This document shows, one piece after another, positions 1 through 9,909 of a stretch of 64,000 nucleotides of DNA. Each line of letters begins with the position of its first letter. Within the stretch, counting starts at the first letter, position 1. Below the pieces are notes generated by a model. It saw only the letters and a list, made by a program, of their open reading frames with translations, was not told where the DNA came from and did no database searches. This stretch comes from an uncultured Gemmatimonadales bacterium. Lineage in GTDB: Bacteria > Gemmatimonadota > Gemmatimonadetes > Palauibacterales > Palauibacteraceae. The stretch covers positions 32,001-96,000 of the forward strand of contig CAWANJ010000002.1 in assembly GCA_963783385.1 (NCBI GenBank). Direction: 5' to 3'. Made by a program: the position numbers and the translations under genes.

Positions 1-1
1 C

Positions 2-790
2 GTCCGCTCCGTCGCGGCGGGCGGCTCGGATCGCCAGGCGCCCGCGCCGCGGGCAGTCCATCCCGGTCCCTTCCGCATCGTGATCGATGCGGGCCACGGC
101 GGGAAGGACCCCGGTGCCAGGGGCCCCCGGGGGACGAGGGAGAAGAACGTCGCCCTCGCCGTGGCCAGGCGGCTCAAGGCCAGGCTCGACAGGGACCCGA
201 ACATCGACGCCAGCCTCACGCGCTCGAAGGACGTCTTCATCCCGCTCGCCGGCCGTCCCAAGATCGCGGTGGAGCGCCACGCGGACCTGTTCCTGTCCAT
301 CCACTGCAATTCGGAGCGTGGCGACCGGGCCAGGGGCTTCGAGACCTACTTCCTGTCGCCCTCCCGCACCGAGGAGTCCCGCCGGGTGGCCATCCGCGAG
401 AACAGCGCCATCCAGTACGAGGACCCGAAGGAGCGGCCGGACCTCGACGACATCAACTACATTCTGGTCGCCAACCGGCAGAACCTGAACGTGCGCGAGT
501 CGAGCTTCTTCGCGGGGGAAATCCAGAACGCCATGCGCCACGACGTGAGCACTCCCGACCGCGGGGTGAAGCAGGCCGGCCTCTACGTGCTCATGGGCGC
601 CAGCGGCAGCATGCCGGCCGTGCTGGCCGAGATCGGGTTCATCTCGAATCCAGTCGGGGAGCGCTTCCTGAGGAGCTCGAGCGGCCAGGACGAGATCGCC
701 TCGGCGCTGGCCCAGGCGGTGAAGGAGTACGCGAGCGACTACACGCAGCGGCTCGCGGCGACGGGCACCGCGCACACGGGCGGCCGTTGA
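2..790 (+). CDS. N-acetylmuramoyl-L-alanine amidase (Amidase_3), 5' end outside window
   Basis: IVIDAGHGGKDPGA, EK..AL, SIHCN and VLAEIGFISN motifs; frame open from position 2. Confidence 0.93.
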   Translation, partial: VRSVAAGGSDRQAPAPRAVHPGPFRIVIDAGHGGKDPGARGPRGTREKNVALAVARRLKARLDRDPNIDASLTRSKDVFIPLAGRPKIAVERHADLFLSIHCNSERGDRARGFETYFLSPSRTEESRRVAIRENSAIQYEDPKERPDLDDINYILVANRQNLNVRESSFFAGEIQNAMRHDVSTPDRGVKQAGLYVLMGASGSMPAVLAEIGFISNPVGERFLRSSSGQDEIASALAQAVKEYASDYTQRLAATGTAHTGGR

Positions 791-1572
791 CGACCGCCCC
801 ACCCATTCGCCACCGGGCGCCGGTCGTCTCCAACCGGCGCGTGGCAGCCGACACCTGGTGGCTGGAGCTCGACAGTCCCGGCATCGCGGCCGCCAGCCGG
901 GCCGGCCAGTTCGTGATGATCGGCTACGGGATCGAAAACACCACCCCCCCCTTCCTGCCCAGACCGTTCAGCGTCGGATGGCGTGCCGCGGACGGGCGGG
1001 TGGGCATCCTCCTGCGTGCGTTCGGAGAGGGGACGACCCGCATGGCGAGGCTGCGTCCGGGGGAGGACGTCCTCCTCCTCGGTCCGCTGGGCCGCCCCTT
1101 CGAGCTCGGGAGGGATCGTCCGATCGTGTGCGTGGCCGGTGGCGTGGGGCTGGCTCCCTTCCTCTTCCTGGCGGACGAAGCCAGGACCGCGGGCCGCGAG
1201 GTCAGGCTCCTGTACGGCGAGCGGACCGGCGACAGGGTGTTCGACCCGGAGCTCCTCGCCAGCCTGGCCGGCGGGCCCGCCGAAGTGTGGACGGAGGACG
1301 GCGCCGTCGGTCGGCGCGGCCTCGTCCTCGAGGGGATCGACTGGAGCGCCGATCCGGTCCTCCTCGGCTGCGGGCCCTCTCTCATGCTCCGAGCCCTGGC
1401 GGAGTCTGCCGCGGAGCGGGGTGTCGCGCTGCAGGTCTCGGTCGAGGAGCACATGGGCTGTGGCGTCGGGACCTGCCAGGGCTGCGTGGTGCCCCGGGCG
1501 GACGGGGGGTGGGCCAGGGCGTGCACCGACGGCCCCGTGTTCGAGGCCTCGGAACTCGCGTGGTCCCCGTGA
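787..1572 (+). CDS. pyrK: dihydroorotate dehydrogenase electron transfer subunit
   Basis: RPFS, GPLG, VAGGVG and MGCGVGTCQGC...CTDGPVF [2Fe-2S] motif; directly upstream of pyrD. Confidence 0.93.
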   Translation: MTTAPPIRHRAPVVSNRRVAADTWWLELDSPGIAAASRAGQFVMIGYGIENTTPPFLPRPFSVGWRAADGRVGILLRAFGEGTTRMARLRPGEDVLLLGPLGRPFELGRDRPIVCVAGGVGLAPFLFLADEARTAGREVRLLYGERTGDRVFDPELLASLAGGPAEVWTEDGAVGRRGLVLEGIDWSADPVLLGCGPSLMLRALAESAAERGVALQVSVEEHMGCGVGTCQGCVVPRADGGWARACTDGPVFEASELAWSP

Positions 1573-2573
1573 GCGCGGTCGGCGCAGGGGGCGGGAGCGC
1601 GCGCTCCCGCTCGGACGCCCCGGCGCGGTGCCTGGCACAGACCCTGTTCGGGGTGGAGTTCCAGAGTCCCGTGCTCCTGGCCTCGGGGACGTGCGGGTAC
1701 GGCCGGGAGTACGACGATCTCATCCCGCTCGACCGGATTGGCGGACTGGTCACCAAGGCGGTCAGCGTGGAGCCACGCGCCGGCAATCCGCCGCACCGGA
1801 TCGCGGAGACCCCGGCGGGGATGATCAACGCGATCGGGCTCCACAACGTGGGGCTGGACCGGTTCATCTCCGAGAAGCTGCCGTGGCTGCGCGACAACCT
1901 TGAGCGGGCCCGGGTGTTCGTGAACGTGGTCGGTCGCACGGTCGAGGACTATGCCGAGGTCGTCTCCCGCCTGGACGGCGAGGAAGGCTTCCTGGGCTAC
2001 GAGATCAACGTCTCCTGTCCCAACGTCAAGGGCGGAACCATGTTCGGCACGGACGAGGCCGCCCTCGCCGAGCTGGTGGGCCGCCTGCGGACGTGCACCG
2101 AGCGCCCCATCATCGTCAAGCTCACCCCGAACGTCCCGGACATCGGCGTGTTCGCGCGGCTGTGCGAGGAGGCGGGGGCCGACGGGCTGAGCGCCATCAA
2201 CACCTTCCCCGGCATGCTCATCGATGTCGACCGCCGCCGTCCCGTGATCGGGAACGTCTCGGGCGGAGTGAGCGGTCCGGCGATTCTCCCGATGGGGGTC
2301 TACCTGACGTGGCGGGCCTCGCGTGCGAGCTCGCTGCCGATCATGGGCATCGGCGGGATCCGGTCGGCCCGGGACGCCCTCCAGTACATCCTGGCCGGGG
2401 CCAGCCTGGTGCAGATCGGTACGGCCCTGTTCGTGGACCCCTCCTGCGCCGAGGGCGTCCACCATGGGTTGGAGGGCTACCTGGAGCGCCACGCCATCGC
2501 GAGCGTGGCGGAGCTCGTGGGGGCCCTCGAGCTGCCGGCGCCGCCGCCCCCCGACGACGGGGCGAGCGGATGA
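1569..2573 (+). CDS. pyrD: dihydroorotate dehydrogenase family 1B catalytic subunit
   Basis: LASGTCGYG, MINAIGL, EINVSCPNV, KLTPN, GGVSGPAI; GTGA overlap with pyrK stop. Confidence 0.95.
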   Translation: MSAVGAGGGSARSRSDAPARCLAQTLFGVEFQSPVLLASGTCGYGREYDDLIPLDRIGGLVTKAVSVEPRAGNPPHRIAETPAGMINAIGLHNVGLDRFISEKLPWLRDNLERARVFVNVVGRTVEDYAEVVSRLDGEEGFLGYEINVSCPNVKGGTMFGTDEAALAELVGRLRTCTERPIIVKLTPNVPDIGVFARLCEEAGADGLSAINTFPGMLIDVDRRRPVIGNVSGGVSGPAILPMGVYLTWRASRASSLPIMGIGGIRSARDALQYILAGASLVQIGTALFVDPSCAEGVHHGLEGYLERHAIASVAELVGALELPAPPPPDDGASG

Positions 2574-3307
2574 GCGGAGGAGAGGAGGGGGCCGTCACGG
2601 CGCCGGAGGTGATCGTGGCGCTCGACTTCCCGACCGCCGACGCGGCGCTCGCCATGGCCGGCCGCCTGCCGGAGGGCACGTGGGTCAAGGTCGGGCTCGA
2701 GCTGTTCACGGCGGCGGGTCCCGCCGTGGTCGAACGGCTCGCGGAGCGGGGGCACCCGGTGTTCCTCGACCTGAAGGTGCACGACATCCCCAACACGGCC
2801 GCCGGGGCCGTCCGGTCCGCTGCACGCCTGGGCGCGCGGCTCCTCACGGTGCACGCCTCGGGCGGTCGGGCCATGCTGGAGGCGGCGGCCGGGGCGGCCG
2901 CGACCGCCGGCCCGGACGCGGGTGGCCGTTTGCGCCTCCTCGCCGTCACCGTGCTGACGTCGCTGGACGACACGTCGCTGGCCGAGGTGATGGGCCGCGG
3001 CGCGGGGACCGAGGAAGCGGTGGGACGGCTCGCCGCCCTTGCCAGTGGCTCGGGGGTCGACGGAGCGGTCGCCTCCGTGGCCGAGTGCCGTGCGGTGAAG
3101 GCCGTGTGCGGGGCGGACTTCCTGGTGGCCACTCCCGGCATCCGGCTGGCCGGCGGCGACGCCCACGACCAGAAGCGAGTCGCCACACCCGGGGAGGCCC
3201 GCGCCGCCGGGGCCGACTACCTGGTGGTGGGCCGCGCGATCACGGCGACCGATGACCCCGGCGCGGCCCTGCTGCGCGTCAGGGAGGAGGCGGGTGTGGC
3301 GGAGTAG
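2570..3307 (+). CDS. pyrF: orotidine-5'-phosphate decarboxylase
   Basis: IVALD, KVGLELF, FLDLKVHDIPNT, TPGIR, DQKR, LVVGRAIT; ATGA overlap. Confidence 0.96.
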   Translation: MSGGEEGAVTAPEVIVALDFPTADAALAMAGRLPEGTWVKVGLELFTAAGPAVVERLAERGHPVFLDLKVHDIPNTAAGAVRSAARLGARLLTVHASGGRAMLEAAAGAAATAGPDAGGRLRLLAVTVLTSLDDTSLAEVMGRGAGTEEAVGRLAALASGSGVDGAVASVAECRAVKAVCGADFLVATPGIRLAGGDAHDQKRVATPGEARAAGADYLVVGRAITATDDPGAALLRVREEAGVAE

Positions 3308-3698
3308 GGCGCCCGCCGGGTTCGATCCGGGTCCGGCTCCTCCTCCGCCACCTCCGCACGGCCATCACGTACAACGCCGCGTTCCCCACGACCACCGCCA
3401 CGCCCAGCCCGAGGTGGATGTGCTCCCAGCTGGCGGGGTAGAGCACGCCCCGGATGTAGTGGTCCAGGAAGCCGCCCGCGTATCCCGCCTGGCCGGCGGC
3501 ACGGCGTAGACGCTGTTCGAGGGGCGTGAGCGGGCACACCCAGCCCACCAGCTCGATGGCGGCGCCGTACAGGGCGCAGGGCACGTGCGCCCACGCCACG
3601 CGGGGCCACCGCAGCACCAGGAAGCCTCCCGTCGCCACGAACAGGACGAAGGCGGCGTGCGAGAGCAATACGAGGTCGGCCAGGATCCGGGGGACCAT
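3279..3698 (-). CDS. DUF2784-like membrane protein
   Basis: LADLVLLSHAAFVLF and WVCPLTPLEQRLRRAAG.AGY.GGFLDHYI pattern. Confidence 0.8.
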   Translation of the reverse strand: MVPRILADLVLLSHAAFVLFVATGGFLVLRWPRVAWAHVPCALYGAAIELVGWVCPLTPLEQRLRRAAGQAGYAGGFLDHYIRGVLYPASWEHIHLGLGVAVVVGNAALYVMAVRRWRRRSRTRIEPGGRPTPPHPPPP

Positions 3699-3744
3699 CG
3701 TCGTCAATCTTGCCCCGCTCCCCCGTGACGGCCAGCATGGGGCC

Positions 3745-4743
3745 GTGCAGGCGATACGGATCACGCGGCCGGGCGGGCCCGAGGTGCTCCGCCTGGAGGA
3801 GGTGCCCGACCCCGAGCCGGGGCCCGATGACGTCCTCGTGGACGTGCGGGCGGCGGCCCTCAATCGCGCCGACCTGCTCCAGCGCCAGGGACACTATCCG
3901 GCGCCGCCCGGGGCGCCCGCGGACATCCCGGGCCTGGAGATGGCCGGGGTCGTGGCCGCGGTGGGCGGGCGCGTGCGCGGCGTGTCGCCCGGCGACCGGG
4001 TCATGGCCCTCCTGGGTGGAGGCGGCTATGCCGAGCGCGCCGTCGTGCCGGCCGGCATGGTCCTGCCGATACCCCCCGGTCTCTCCTTCGTCGAGGCCGC
4101 CGCGCTTCCCGAGGTGTTCTACACGGCCTACGACGCGCTCTTCCGCCAGGCCGGTCTGGCGATCGGCGAGAGCGTACTCGTCCACGCGGCCGGCGGTGGC
4201 GTGGGCACCGCCGCCCTGCAGCTGGCCCGGGCCGGTGGGGCGACGCGGATCTTCGGGACCGCCTCGTCCGCCAAGCTCGCCGGGATCGAGCGCGAAGGGC
4301 TTCCGCTGGACGTCCCGATCGACTACAGGGCGGCTTCCTTCGAGGAGGTCGTGCGGGAGCGGACGGAGGGCCGGGGCGTCGACGTGATCCTGGACATGGT
4401 GGGCGGCGACTACCTGGCCGCCGACCTGCGCAGCCTGGCCGAGCTCGGGCGCGTGGTCCTGGTGGGCCTCCTGCGCGGCAGGAGCGCCGAGGCGGACCTG
4501 GGCTTGATCCTTCGCCGGCGGCTCCGGGTGCTGGGGACGGTGCTGAGGGCCCGCTCCACGGCGGAGAAGCTCACGCTCACGTCCGAGGTCCGGGACCGCC
4601 TCCTGCCGCTGTTCGAGCGGGGGATGCTCCGGCCGGTGGTGGACCGCACCTACCCTCTCGACGAAGCGGACAGGGCGCATCGCGCCATGGATGCCAACCA
4701 GAACCTGGGGAAGATCGTGCTGGAAGTGCAGAGCCGGGCGTGA
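3745..4743 (+). CDS. NAD(P)H-quinone oxidoreductase (PIG3/zeta-crystallin family)
   Basis: GGPEVL, ALNRADLLQRQGHY, PGLE, VHAAGGGVGTAA, GKIVL. Confidence 0.92.
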   Translation: MQAIRITRPGGPEVLRLEEVPDPEPGPDDVLVDVRAAALNRADLLQRQGHYPAPPGAPADIPGLEMAGVVAAVGGRVRGVSPGDRVMALLGGGGYAERAVVPAGMVLPIPPGLSFVEAAALPEVFYTAYDALFRQAGLAIGESVLVHAAGGGVGTAALQLARAGGATRIFGTASSAKLAGIEREGLPLDVPIDYRAASFEEVVRERTEGRGVDVILDMVGGDYLAADLRSLAELGRVVLVGLLRGRSAEADLGLILRRRLRVLGTVLRARSTAEKLTLTSEVRDRLLPLFERGMLRPVVDRTYPLDEADRAHRAMDANQNLGKIVLEVQSRA

Positions 4744-4803
4744 CCCGTGGCGAGGTGGGTCACGCCCGGCTCCGGAGGGCGCCTGGCACCGCGGCGTAGC
4801 GCC

Positions 4804-6738
4804 TCAACTCTCGGCGTGCACGGCCTGCTCGCGGGTATCCGACTCGGCCTCGAACTGCGGCTCCAGCGCCTCGGCCTCCTCGCCGAGCCCGACGATGCCC
4901 TCCTCCCACCAGGCGTAGCGACCCTCCAGGACCCCCTGGGCGACCCGGTACTTCTGGACATCGTCGTTGTCGCCTATGGCCCGGAACAGGGCGTCCACGC
5001 GCCGGCGCGAGTTCCGGCAAAACATGTCGGCCAGCTCGCGGGCCTCGCGCGCGTGCGGGTGCCCGGTGCGCGTCATCATCTGGGCGCGGGCCACGGTAGC
5101 CGCCTGCGCGAACAGCTCGACCCCGATGTCGACCGCCCGGAACAGGATCCCCTGGCGGTACTGCAGCTTGGCCCCGTAGCGCATCATCTTGTGGAACAGC
5201 GTGCGGGCCAGCTTGCGGGACTTGCGGTCGCAGTACCGCAGGTGCGTGGCCAGCTCGCCGAACTGGCCGTAGGCGGGCCACCGACCCCACCCGAGCCACC
5301 GCGTCGGATACCAGGCCGCGTAGAAGCCCACCACCTTCGGGAGCTGCGCGAGCTTGCCCCCGAGCCCGAGGTCGCCCTCGACCAGCTCTCCGGCCACCTT
5401 GAGGTGCTTGTCCACGGCCTCGCGGGCGATGAACAGGCGGAGGATCTCGCTCGACCCCTCGAAGATCCGGTTGATGCGGAAGTCCCGAAGCATGCGCTCG
5501 ACCGGGATGCCGGGCTCGCCGCGCGAGCGCAGCGAGTCGGCGGTCTCGTAGCCCCGGCCGCCGCGGATCTGGACCGTGTCGTCCAGCAGCTTCCAGCCCA
5601 TCTCCGTGTTGAACAGCTTGCTCGCCGCGGCCTCCAGCCGGATGTCGAACGACTTCCGGTCGGTCATGATGCCGGTGATCTCGGCCACCGCCTGCATGGC
5701 GAAGCCTTCGACCGCGATGTCGGCCAGCATGTGCGCCACGGCCTCGTGCTTGCCGATGGGCTGTCCCCACTGGACGCGCTCCGCGCACCACTTCCGGCAG
5801 ATCTCGAGGGCGGCCTGGATCGTGCCGATCGCGGCGGCCGGGATGGTGAGGCGTCCCGTGTTGAGGGTGACCAGCGCCAGCTTGAGGCCGCGACCCTCCT
5901 TCCACAGGAGGTTCTCCTTGGGGACGCGCACGTCCTTGAAGAAGATGACGCCGTTCTCGATCGCCTTGAGTCCCATGAAGTCGAGGCGCTGGCTCACCTC
6001 GACGCCCGGCCAGTCCGCCTCGACGATGAAGGCCGAGATCTTGCCGCTCTCGGGGTGGCGGGCCATGACGACGAACAGGTCGGCCACCGTCCCGTTGGTC
6101 GTCCACAGCTTCTCGCCGTTGAGGATGAAGGCTTCACCGTCCTCGGTGCGCACGGCACTGGTCGCGAGGCCGGCTGGGTCGGAGCCCACCTGGGGCTCGG
6201 TGAGGGCGAAGGCCGAGATGGCTCCCCTGGCCAGGCGGGGCAGGTACTTCCGCTTCTGCTCTTCCGTGCCGAAGATCTTGAGAGGCTGCGGCACGCCGAT
6301 GGACTGGTGGGCCGACAGGAGGGCGACGAGGCTGCCGTCCTGGCTGCCGACCACCGACATGATGGCCCCGTATTCGCTCTGGTTGAAGCCCAGCCCGCCG
6401 TACTCCGTCGGGATCTTGAGCCCGAACGCGCCCATCTCCCGCAGCCGGTCCACTACGCGCTGCGGGATCTTGCCCTCCCGGTCGATGCGGTCGGAGTCGA
6501 CCTCCTCGCGCAGGAAGGTCCGCATGCGGTCCATGTAGTCGCGGGCGCGCTCCCCGATGAAGGCATCGGGCTCGGGGTACGGGTCGATGAGATCGAAGCG
6601 GAAGTCGCCCAGGTAGACGTCGCGCATGAAGGTGGCGCCCTCCCACCGCGACTCCCGGGCGCTCTCGGCGACGCGCCGGGCCTCCTTCTCGCTCACGGGG
6701 CCGGAGGTCCCGGCGCTCTGCGTAGGATTGGTAGACAT
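4804..6738 (-). CDS. acyl-CoA dehydrogenase (long, VLCAD/ACAD9-like)
   Basis: [43 protein letters not shown]. Confidence 0.93.
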   Translation of the reverse strand: MSTNPTQSAGTSGPVSEKEARRVAESARESRWEGATFMRDVYLGDFRFDLIDPYPEPDAFIGERARDYMDRMRTFLREEVDSDRIDREGKIPQRVVDRLREMGAFGLKIPTEYGGLGFNQSEYGAIMSVVGSQDGSLVALLSAHQSIGVPQPLKIFGTEEQKRKYLPRLARGAISAFALTEPQVGSDPAGLATSAVRTEDGEAFILNGEKLWTTNGTVADLFVVMARHPESGKISAFIVEADWPGVEVSQRLDFMGLKAIENGVIFFKDVRVPKENLLWKEGRGLKLALVTLNTGRLTIPAAAIGTIQAALEICRKWCAERVQWGQPIGKHEAVAHMLADIAVEGFAMQAVAEITGIMTDRKSFDIRLEAAASKLFNTEMGWKLLDDTVQIRGGRGYETADSLRSRGEPGIPVERMLRDFRINRIFEGSSEILRLFIAREAVDKHLKVAGELVEGDLGLGGKLAQLPKVVGFYAAWYPTRWLGWGRWPAYGQFGELATHLRYCDRKSRKLARTLFHKMMRYGAKLQYRQGILFRAVDIGVELFAQAATVARAQMMTRTGHPHAREARELADMFCRNSRRRVDALFRAIGDNDDVQKYRVAQGVLEGRYAWWEEGIVGLGEEAEALEPQFEAESDTREQAVHAES

Positions 6739-6898
6739 TGCTCGCTCTCGACCTGAGGAGGGTCAGCGGCAGGGTCGCGGTCCGTTCCGCGGCGCGGAGC
6801 GGACCCGGCGGCCCCCGCATGGCGTTCGAACGTGACAACCCGATGAATATACCGCGAGCGAGTCGGCTTCCAAACCCGTCTCCCTCTCTCCCCTCCCC

Positions 6899-7975
6899 TC
6901 AGCCTCGCCCGTCTCCCCGGCGCAGCGACCGGAAGGTGACCGTGGCGAGCGTCACGGCCGTGAGCGGGATCACGTACACCAGCATCGCCCTGCGGAACGC
7001 GGGCAGTGAGTCGTGGCTCCCGGCGGAGAGGAAGAGGTAGAGGATGTAGGCCACGTAGTAGGCCAGGAAGAGCGCGCCCTCCCAGCGCGCTATGCGGCCT
7101 CCAGTGAAGAAGATGGGCAGGCACGCGAACGCCACGGCGAGCGCCACCGGGAAGTCGAAGTGCAGCGCGTGGGCCGGCACCACCAGTCCTCCGGGCGACA
7201 GGGCGGCGGCCGCCCCGAGCACGATGAGCAGGTTGAAGACGCTGCTCCCGATGACGTTGCCGGTGGCCAGGTCGCGGGCCCCCCGCAGCCCCGCCACCAT
7301 GGTGGTCGCCACTTCGGGCAGCGAGGTCCCGGTCGCGACCACCGTGAGGCCGATGAGCGTGTCTCCCACTCCCATCCAGCGAGCCAGGGCCACGGCGCCG
7401 GCGACGAGCCACCCCGCGCCGACCACGAGCATCCCGAGCCCGAGGAGGACCCGCGCCACGTCCACGGGCCATCGGTGCGCCGGCGGAGCCGGGCCGGGCT
7501 GGTCGGGATCCGGGCTTCCGGTTCCCCGGCGGCCGGAGAGGATCTGGCCGGCCGTGTAAGCGCAGCCACCGCCGAGCAGGAGGAGCCCGTCCGGGCGGCC
7601 CAGCCGCCCGTCGAGGGCCAGAACGTAGGTGAGCGCCGTCACGGCGATCATGATCGGAACGTCGACGCGTACCAGCTGGCGTGAGACGACGAGGGGGGCG
7701 AGCACCGAGGCCAGTCCCAGGATGAGCAGGATGTTGAAGATATTGCTGCCGAGCGCGTTGCCCAGCGCGAGGCCCGGCCGTCCCGCCAGGCTGGCCCTGA
7801 TGCTCACGGCCAGTTCGGGAGCGCTGGTCCCGTAGGCCACCACCGTGAGTCCGATCACCAGGGGGGCGATCCCCAGCCGCTCGGAGAGGTGGGAGGCCCC
7901 GCGCACCAGCAGCTCGGCGCCGATGACGAGGGCCGCGAGGCCGCCGATGGCGGCGAGCACGGCCGCGAGGCTCAC
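6899..7975 (-). CDS. calcium/sodium antiporter (YrbG-like, Na_Ca_ex)
   Basis: two alpha repeats GTSAPEL...GSN and GTSLPEV...GSS. Confidence 0.92.
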   Translation of the reverse strand: MSLAAVLAAIGGLAALVIGAELLVRGASHLSERLGIAPLVIGLTVVAYGTSAPELAVSIRASLAGRPGLALGNALGSNIFNILLILGLASVLAPLVVSRQLVRVDVPIMIAVTALTYVLALDGRLGRPDGLLLLGGGCAYTAGQILSGRRGTGSPDPDQPGPAPPAHRWPVDVARVLLGLGMLVVGAGWLVAGAVALARWMGVGDTLIGLTVVATGTSLPEVATTMVAGLRGARDLATGNVIGSSVFNLLIVLGAAAALSPGGLVVPAHALHFDFPVALAVAFACLPIFFTGGRIARWEGALFLAYYVAYILYLFLSAGSHDSLPAFRRAMLVYVIPLTAVTLATVTFRSLRRGDGRG

Positions 7976-8087
7976 CGGCTATCGCGCTCCGCGATCTCGA
8001 GCCGCAGGGCACCGGCCGGAACGAGCTCGTGGTGCGACAACGTGCGTCCGCATACCCCGCGGGCCTGGGGTTCGCGCGCCTTCCGGC

Positions 8088-9245
8088 TCATCGTGTCCTC
8101 CCGAACATCTCCGCACGCGTGACGCGGCCGTCGGGACCCACGAGCCAGCCCGCGTCCGGGCCGGCGAAGTCGGCGCTCCAGTAGGGAAGCGTGTCGAGGA
8201 CGGTCCACCGGTGTCCTCCGTCCGTCGAGTATCCCGCCCCGCCCGGACCGACGGCCACCAGCGTGGGAGTGGGGGCCCCGGGGACCCATGTCACGCCGTA
8301 CACGGGCCCGGGAATGCCCGGGCTGCCTCCCGCCTCCCAGGTCTCGCCGCCATCCTCGGTGAGGGCGACCCGAACGGAGCTCGCGGCGCCGGGGGGCAAC
8401 GAGTCCTCGTCCGCGGCGCTTCCCGTCCCGGGATGAGCCAGGTCGCCTCCGACGACCACGCCGTTCAGCGTGTCGCGGAAGGCCACGGCCATCACGCCCG
8501 CCTGGTCCCCGCTGACCACCGGCGTCGGGCTCCAGGCCCACGAGCGGCCGCCATCCCTCGTCCTGAGGACGCGCGATACGTAGGACGCGCCCGTTCCGAT
8601 CCACGCCCGCTGGCCGGGACCGACGGCGACGCACTCCCCGCTGGCCGCGAAGCCTCCCTCCCCGCCACGGGCGCGCGGGACGCGCTCCGCCGGGAGCGGC
8701 GTCCAGTGCTCACCCCCGTCACCGGTGGTCAACACCACGAAGCGGTCCCGCACGGCGTCACTGAACGCCAGGCCCTGTCGGGCGTTCCAGAAGTCGAAGC
8801 AATCGTAGAACCCGGCGGAGTCGGGGTTGGTGAACTGGAGCGACCAGCTCCGGCCGCCGTCCGTCGTGCGGTAGATCCGGGAACGGTCGCCGGCTCCCGC
8901 GCTGAGGAGGAAGGCGGTGTCCGGGCCCGAGGCCCACACGTCCCGGAACTCGAGGCTGTCGGCCCCGGCGACCGTGCCCACGCGCCAGTGCGCTCCTCCG
9001 TCCACGGTCCGCGCCCAGGTGGCGTCGTGACCCGCCACCCACACGACGGAGTCGTTCACGGCGTGGACCGCCTGGAGGAGAGCCGTCGTGCGAGTCGGTT
9101 GGGCGGCGAGCATGGGGTGGAGTCGCAGGGCGGGTTCGGATCGACCTTCGCAGGCGCCCGCGAGCAGCGCCGCCGCGAGCACCGCGATCCCGGCGGGTCT
9201 CAGTCGAAGCGCACGAACTCCAGATCCTCCTCCAGCACCGGCCAT
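8088..9245 (-). CDS. BNR/Asp-box beta-propeller lipoprotein (Ycf48-like)
   Basis: repeated T.DGG..W boxes, FAASG, lipobox-like LLAGAC; start uncertain. Confidence 0.8.
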   Translation of the reverse strand: MAGAGGGSGVRALRLRPAGIAVLAAALLAGACEGRSEPALRLHPMLAAQPTRTTALLQAVHAVNDSVVWVAGHDATWARTVDGGAHWRVGTVAGADSLEFRDVWASGPDTAFLLSAGAGDRSRIYRTTDGGRSWSLQFTNPDSAGFYDCFDFWNARQGLAFSDAVRDRFVVLTTGDGGEHWTPLPAERVPRARGGEGGFAASGECVAVGPGQRAWIGTGASYVSRVLRTRDGGRSWAWSPTPVVSGDQAGVMAVAFRDTLNGVVVGGDLAHPGTGSAADEDSLPPGAASSVRVALTEDGGETWEAGGSPGIPGPVYGVTWVPGAPTPTLVAVGPGGAGYSTDGGHRWTVLDTLPYWSADFAGPDAGWLVGPDGRVTRAEMFGRTR

Positions 9246-9466
9246 CCTCCATCCTCCACGTTGACCGTGACTCGCACCGCGTCCTCCCCCTCGACCTCCA
9301 TGCGCGCGTATCGGGTGGTGACGAACCGACAATGCAGCTCGCCCGAGCCCGCTTCCTCCTGCTCGACCACGTGCGCGTCGGCGCGGCGCACCAGCTCGTC
9401 CCAGGCCAGGGCCCGCAGGGAGAAGAGCCGCGCTCGCGCCAGCTCCAGGGCTCGATCTCGATCCAC
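9200..9466 (-). CDS. hypothetical protein
   Basis: 88 aa ORF with protein-like composition, packed between co-oriented genes. Confidence 0.6.
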   Translation of the reverse strand: MDRDRALELARARLFSLRALAWDELVRRADAHVVEQEEAGSGELHCRFVTTRYARMEVEGEDAVRVTVNVEDGGWPVLEEDLEFVRFD

Positions 9467-9478
9467 GAGCCGGGTCGC

Positions 9479-9736
9479 TCAGCCCGGGTCGTCCGCTTCG
9501 CCCGGGCGCGACTCCACCATCCCCACTTCCACGAGGAGACGGCGGGCACGGCGAAGGTCCTCGGGACGAACCATGACGCGGGCGGGATTGGGGGAGAGCG
9601 TGATGCCGGCGTAGGCGCCCCCCGCGTCATCCACGGCGATGGCGGCCGGAATGCCGCCGTCACGGAGGTAGCCTCCCGCCAGCTCGGCCTCGTAGCGCTG
9701 GCCGTAGGTGGCCACGACCGCCGCGCAACCCCGCAT
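9479..9736 (-). CDS. DUF2007-like putative signal-transducing protein
   Basis: VATY...EAELAGGYLRDGGI...VMVRPEDLRRARRLL. Confidence 0.75.
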   Translation of the reverse strand: MRGCAAVVATYGQRYEAELAGGYLRDGGIPAAIAVDDAGGAYAGITLSPNPARVMVRPEDLRRARRLLVEVGMVESRPGEADDPG

Positions 9737-9909
9737 GTCGCACCCTCCTCCAGGGACGAAGTACACCATCAAGTTGCCCTGCCGAGCGGGAACGGGCAAC
9801 GCTCGACGTGTTCGCGACGCCGCCGCACGGCTCCCTTGCCAATCCGCCGCCCGAGGCCGAACGTCAAGATACGAGAGCCCGGCGCATCCACGCCCCGCCC
9901 CGGGAGGTC